DNA of 64,000 nucleotides. Origin: Monocercomonoides exilis PA203. Taxonomy: Eukaryota > Protista > Preaxostyla. Of the stretch, positions 61,682-64,000 are shown in pieces (the first letter of the stretch is position 1; the number at the start of each line of letters is the position of its first letter). A program made the translations under genes and the position numbers. The stretch covers positions 62,001 to 126,000 of the forward strand of contig LSRY02000034.1 of NCBI GenBank assembly GCA_001643675.2. Reading direction: 5' to 3'. The notes beneath the pieces are model-generated. The model saw only the letters and a program-made list of their open reading frames with translations. It searched no databases and was not told where the DNA came from.

Positions 61682-62154
61682 TTTTTTTGCATAAACATTC
61701 ACTTCATCTTTTTGCATTTCCATTTTTTATTTTTTGTGCAGAACACTCATTCACTCAACAAAATAACAGTCATGATTTGCAAAATAGATGAAAGTGCTTT
61801 TTCAAAGAATATCAAGAATTTACAAGAAAAATGAACATTTGAAAAAAAAGAACATCATCAAAAATAAGAAATAAGAAATGAAAAACAAAAGAATCAAGCT
61901 TGTTGAATTTTTCTATGTGCTTTGTGAAAAGAAATATTTTCAACTTCAAAAATACAATCCAATATTCGCAAAACTCATTCAATAAATAAATTTCTGAGTT
62001 TGAAAAGCTGAAATGTTCAATGCAAAAAATGGAGGATAAGGAAAAAATGTAAGTTTTTTCACCATTCTTTTTATTTTTGGCTTTCTAATTGAAATTCCTC
62101 CAATTTCCTCAAATGCTCACAAAATAATCACAAACATCCAACGATAAATTACAA

Positions 62155-63238
62155 TTATAATAACCTTGAAAAAACTCTAAAGTTTCAAGAAAGCACGTTT
62201 TGTTATCTTCGTATCCTTCTTCTTCCATCTTTTCGAATATCTCCATTTTTATCTTCTTTCTTTTCTATTCTTCCACTTCATCTTTCCCCCTTTCTTTCAA
62301 TTTCCTTAAAAAACGTGTAAAAAATACCAAGCTTTCATATATCATTTTGTCCTTAAACGTGCGCCTCTGAAACACTTCCAAAACAGCACAAACATCTCTT
62401 CCTTTTAACAAGTCATTAATTTTCACAATTCTATTTTGTGTTGCATTTCTCAAGGAACAAATGCACCAGCTGTAAATTTCTCTTTCGTTTTCTCTTGCTG
62501 CTCGAAGAACTTTTACAATGCTGTTGATAAGTCCAGCAAGTTCTTCATTCCAAAACCGACAGCAATCTAAGAAATCATACAATGTGTCGAACCATCTCTT
62601 GATAAAACGCACTTCTTTCGCTTCCTTTCCTCCATTTTCCTCTTTTTTTCTCTCCCAATTCACGCACTTTGTCAGCTTTTCCAATTCTCTTTAAACCTCT
62701 CTTGCAAAATACAGTTCGTTCGCAATAACTTTTTCCAAAGATCGATTGTTGTGCAATCTTGCAACCAAAAATTACCAAGCAGACTGATATGCAAGGTGCG
62801 TCAAATTGTGATGTTCCTGATGATATTTCAGAATCTCTTTGGTTTCAGTAAAATACAGTTCTTTTTCAATTTTCCAATCAAAAAACAAGAAAAAAAAAAA
62901 AAAAACATCAAAATTGGAAAAATGTTCTCAAACCTGATATCCAACATTGCTCAATGCAAGAAGAGCCATTTCCACTTCTTTTTGTGATTCTTCTTTTTCC
63001 TCTTTGTTCAAAGCAACTTTCAAAAGACAGTGCACACATATTAATAATAATTCAGAAGAAAACAATGTATTAAGCAAAAGATAGCATTCGTAAAGATCAG
63101 CCAGAAGCTTTTCATTTTTTCCCTCTTTTTTCTTTTCTTCATTCATTTCATCAACAACATCATTTATTTCTCCGATTTTCTGCTTTTGTTCATCATCTGC
63201 ATTCTTTCTTCAGTATTTTCATAATCGTGTGCACTCAT
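62155..63238 (-). pseudogene. Decayed paralogue of the 60240-61681 gene, in convergent orientation
   Basis: Shares EKLLADLYECYL, QKEVEMALLALSN, HHNLTHLAYQSAW*, EKMEEEGYED and the second intron position. Has a premature TAG (62265), frameshifts and an internal deletion. Confidence 0.82.
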
Positions 63239-64000
63239 TCTTCTTGTTGAAAAAAATAATCAAAATAAGGGGCAGAGCTTGATTGGCAACAAAATAAATG
63301 AAAATTCAAACATCGTTTGTTGATTATCTGAAAAAAAGAAAGGGATCTAACACAAACTATTTTGATTTTGCTTTCAAATAGACGTGCAAAAGAAATTTAC
63401 ACTAAATCACAAGGATTGGCCGTAAAAGTCAAAGATAATAATCTTCAGTTTCTTTTTGATCAAATCAACAAAAAGTTATTCGAAAACTATTCTTCTAAAA
63501 AAATTAGTGAGTTCATTCTTTTTCAACAAGCCATTTTCTCCTCTATTAGGAATTGAATTTATTTTTCTTTTTTATGAAATAGGAATTCTTTTTGAGGAGA
63601 TTTTTTTCAACAGGAAAATCAAATTCTTGAAGGAAAAATTTAACTTTTTTGTAATTGAGAAGTATAAAAATGAAAAAATCATCACACATTGTGATTCGTT
63701 TTGATTTACTTTCATTAGTACTAATATTTGCTTCTATTTCGAACAACTCATTGGATTGCTAAAGACCAAAAGAAACGAATTTCAGAAAATCAAAATGAAT
63801 CTGCAGTACAAAAGAATTATCATATCTTTGCAATATAACACGAAAGAAAACAATCAGAATGGAAGAGGATCGAGGATAAATGATTCATGGCGAAAATGGA
63901 ATTATAGATTTGGAAATTGATAATTTTAAGAATAACAATTTGGCAAGTTGCAACAGAAAAGATGCAGATCCTCGGGTTTTATTGTATTCCAACATCATAA

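Noticed and set aside
1-64000. Alternative genetic code (TAA/TAG = Gln)
   Set aside because: Thioredoxin, kinase and dynein end at TAA where expected, and the long ORFs contain no in-frame TAA or TAG.

Overview
AT-rich, intron-containing eukaryotic DNA using the standard genetic code (TAA/TGA stops). Gene families, low-complexity inserts and relaxed GT(N)T(G) splice donors point to an oxymonad such as Monocercomonoides (inference). In order, the window holds: a partial hypothetical gene or gene pair; thioredoxin with an ATG-only first exon; an 8-exon NEK-like kinase with a SPRY-like C-terminus; a SUN-domain protein; a ~6,940-aa DNHD1-like dynein heavy chain whose main ATPase site (AAA1) looks dead while its microtubule-binding stalk is intact; a 3,027-aa beta-helix receptor-like pseudokinase followed by a GC-rich structured-RNA candidate; and a ~3,480-aa inflated RMC1/Mic1 homologue that the ORF track does not identify. 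An accessory block follows. It has a 1.2-kb foldback with ~395-bp near-perfect inverted arms, a 2-kb pogo/DDE_1 transposon (TIRs, TA target duplication, intron-containing dead transposase) inserted into a decayed ABCC transporter pseudogene, and an intact plus a decayed copy of an expanded helical-protein family. All calls come from manual reading; no searches were run.
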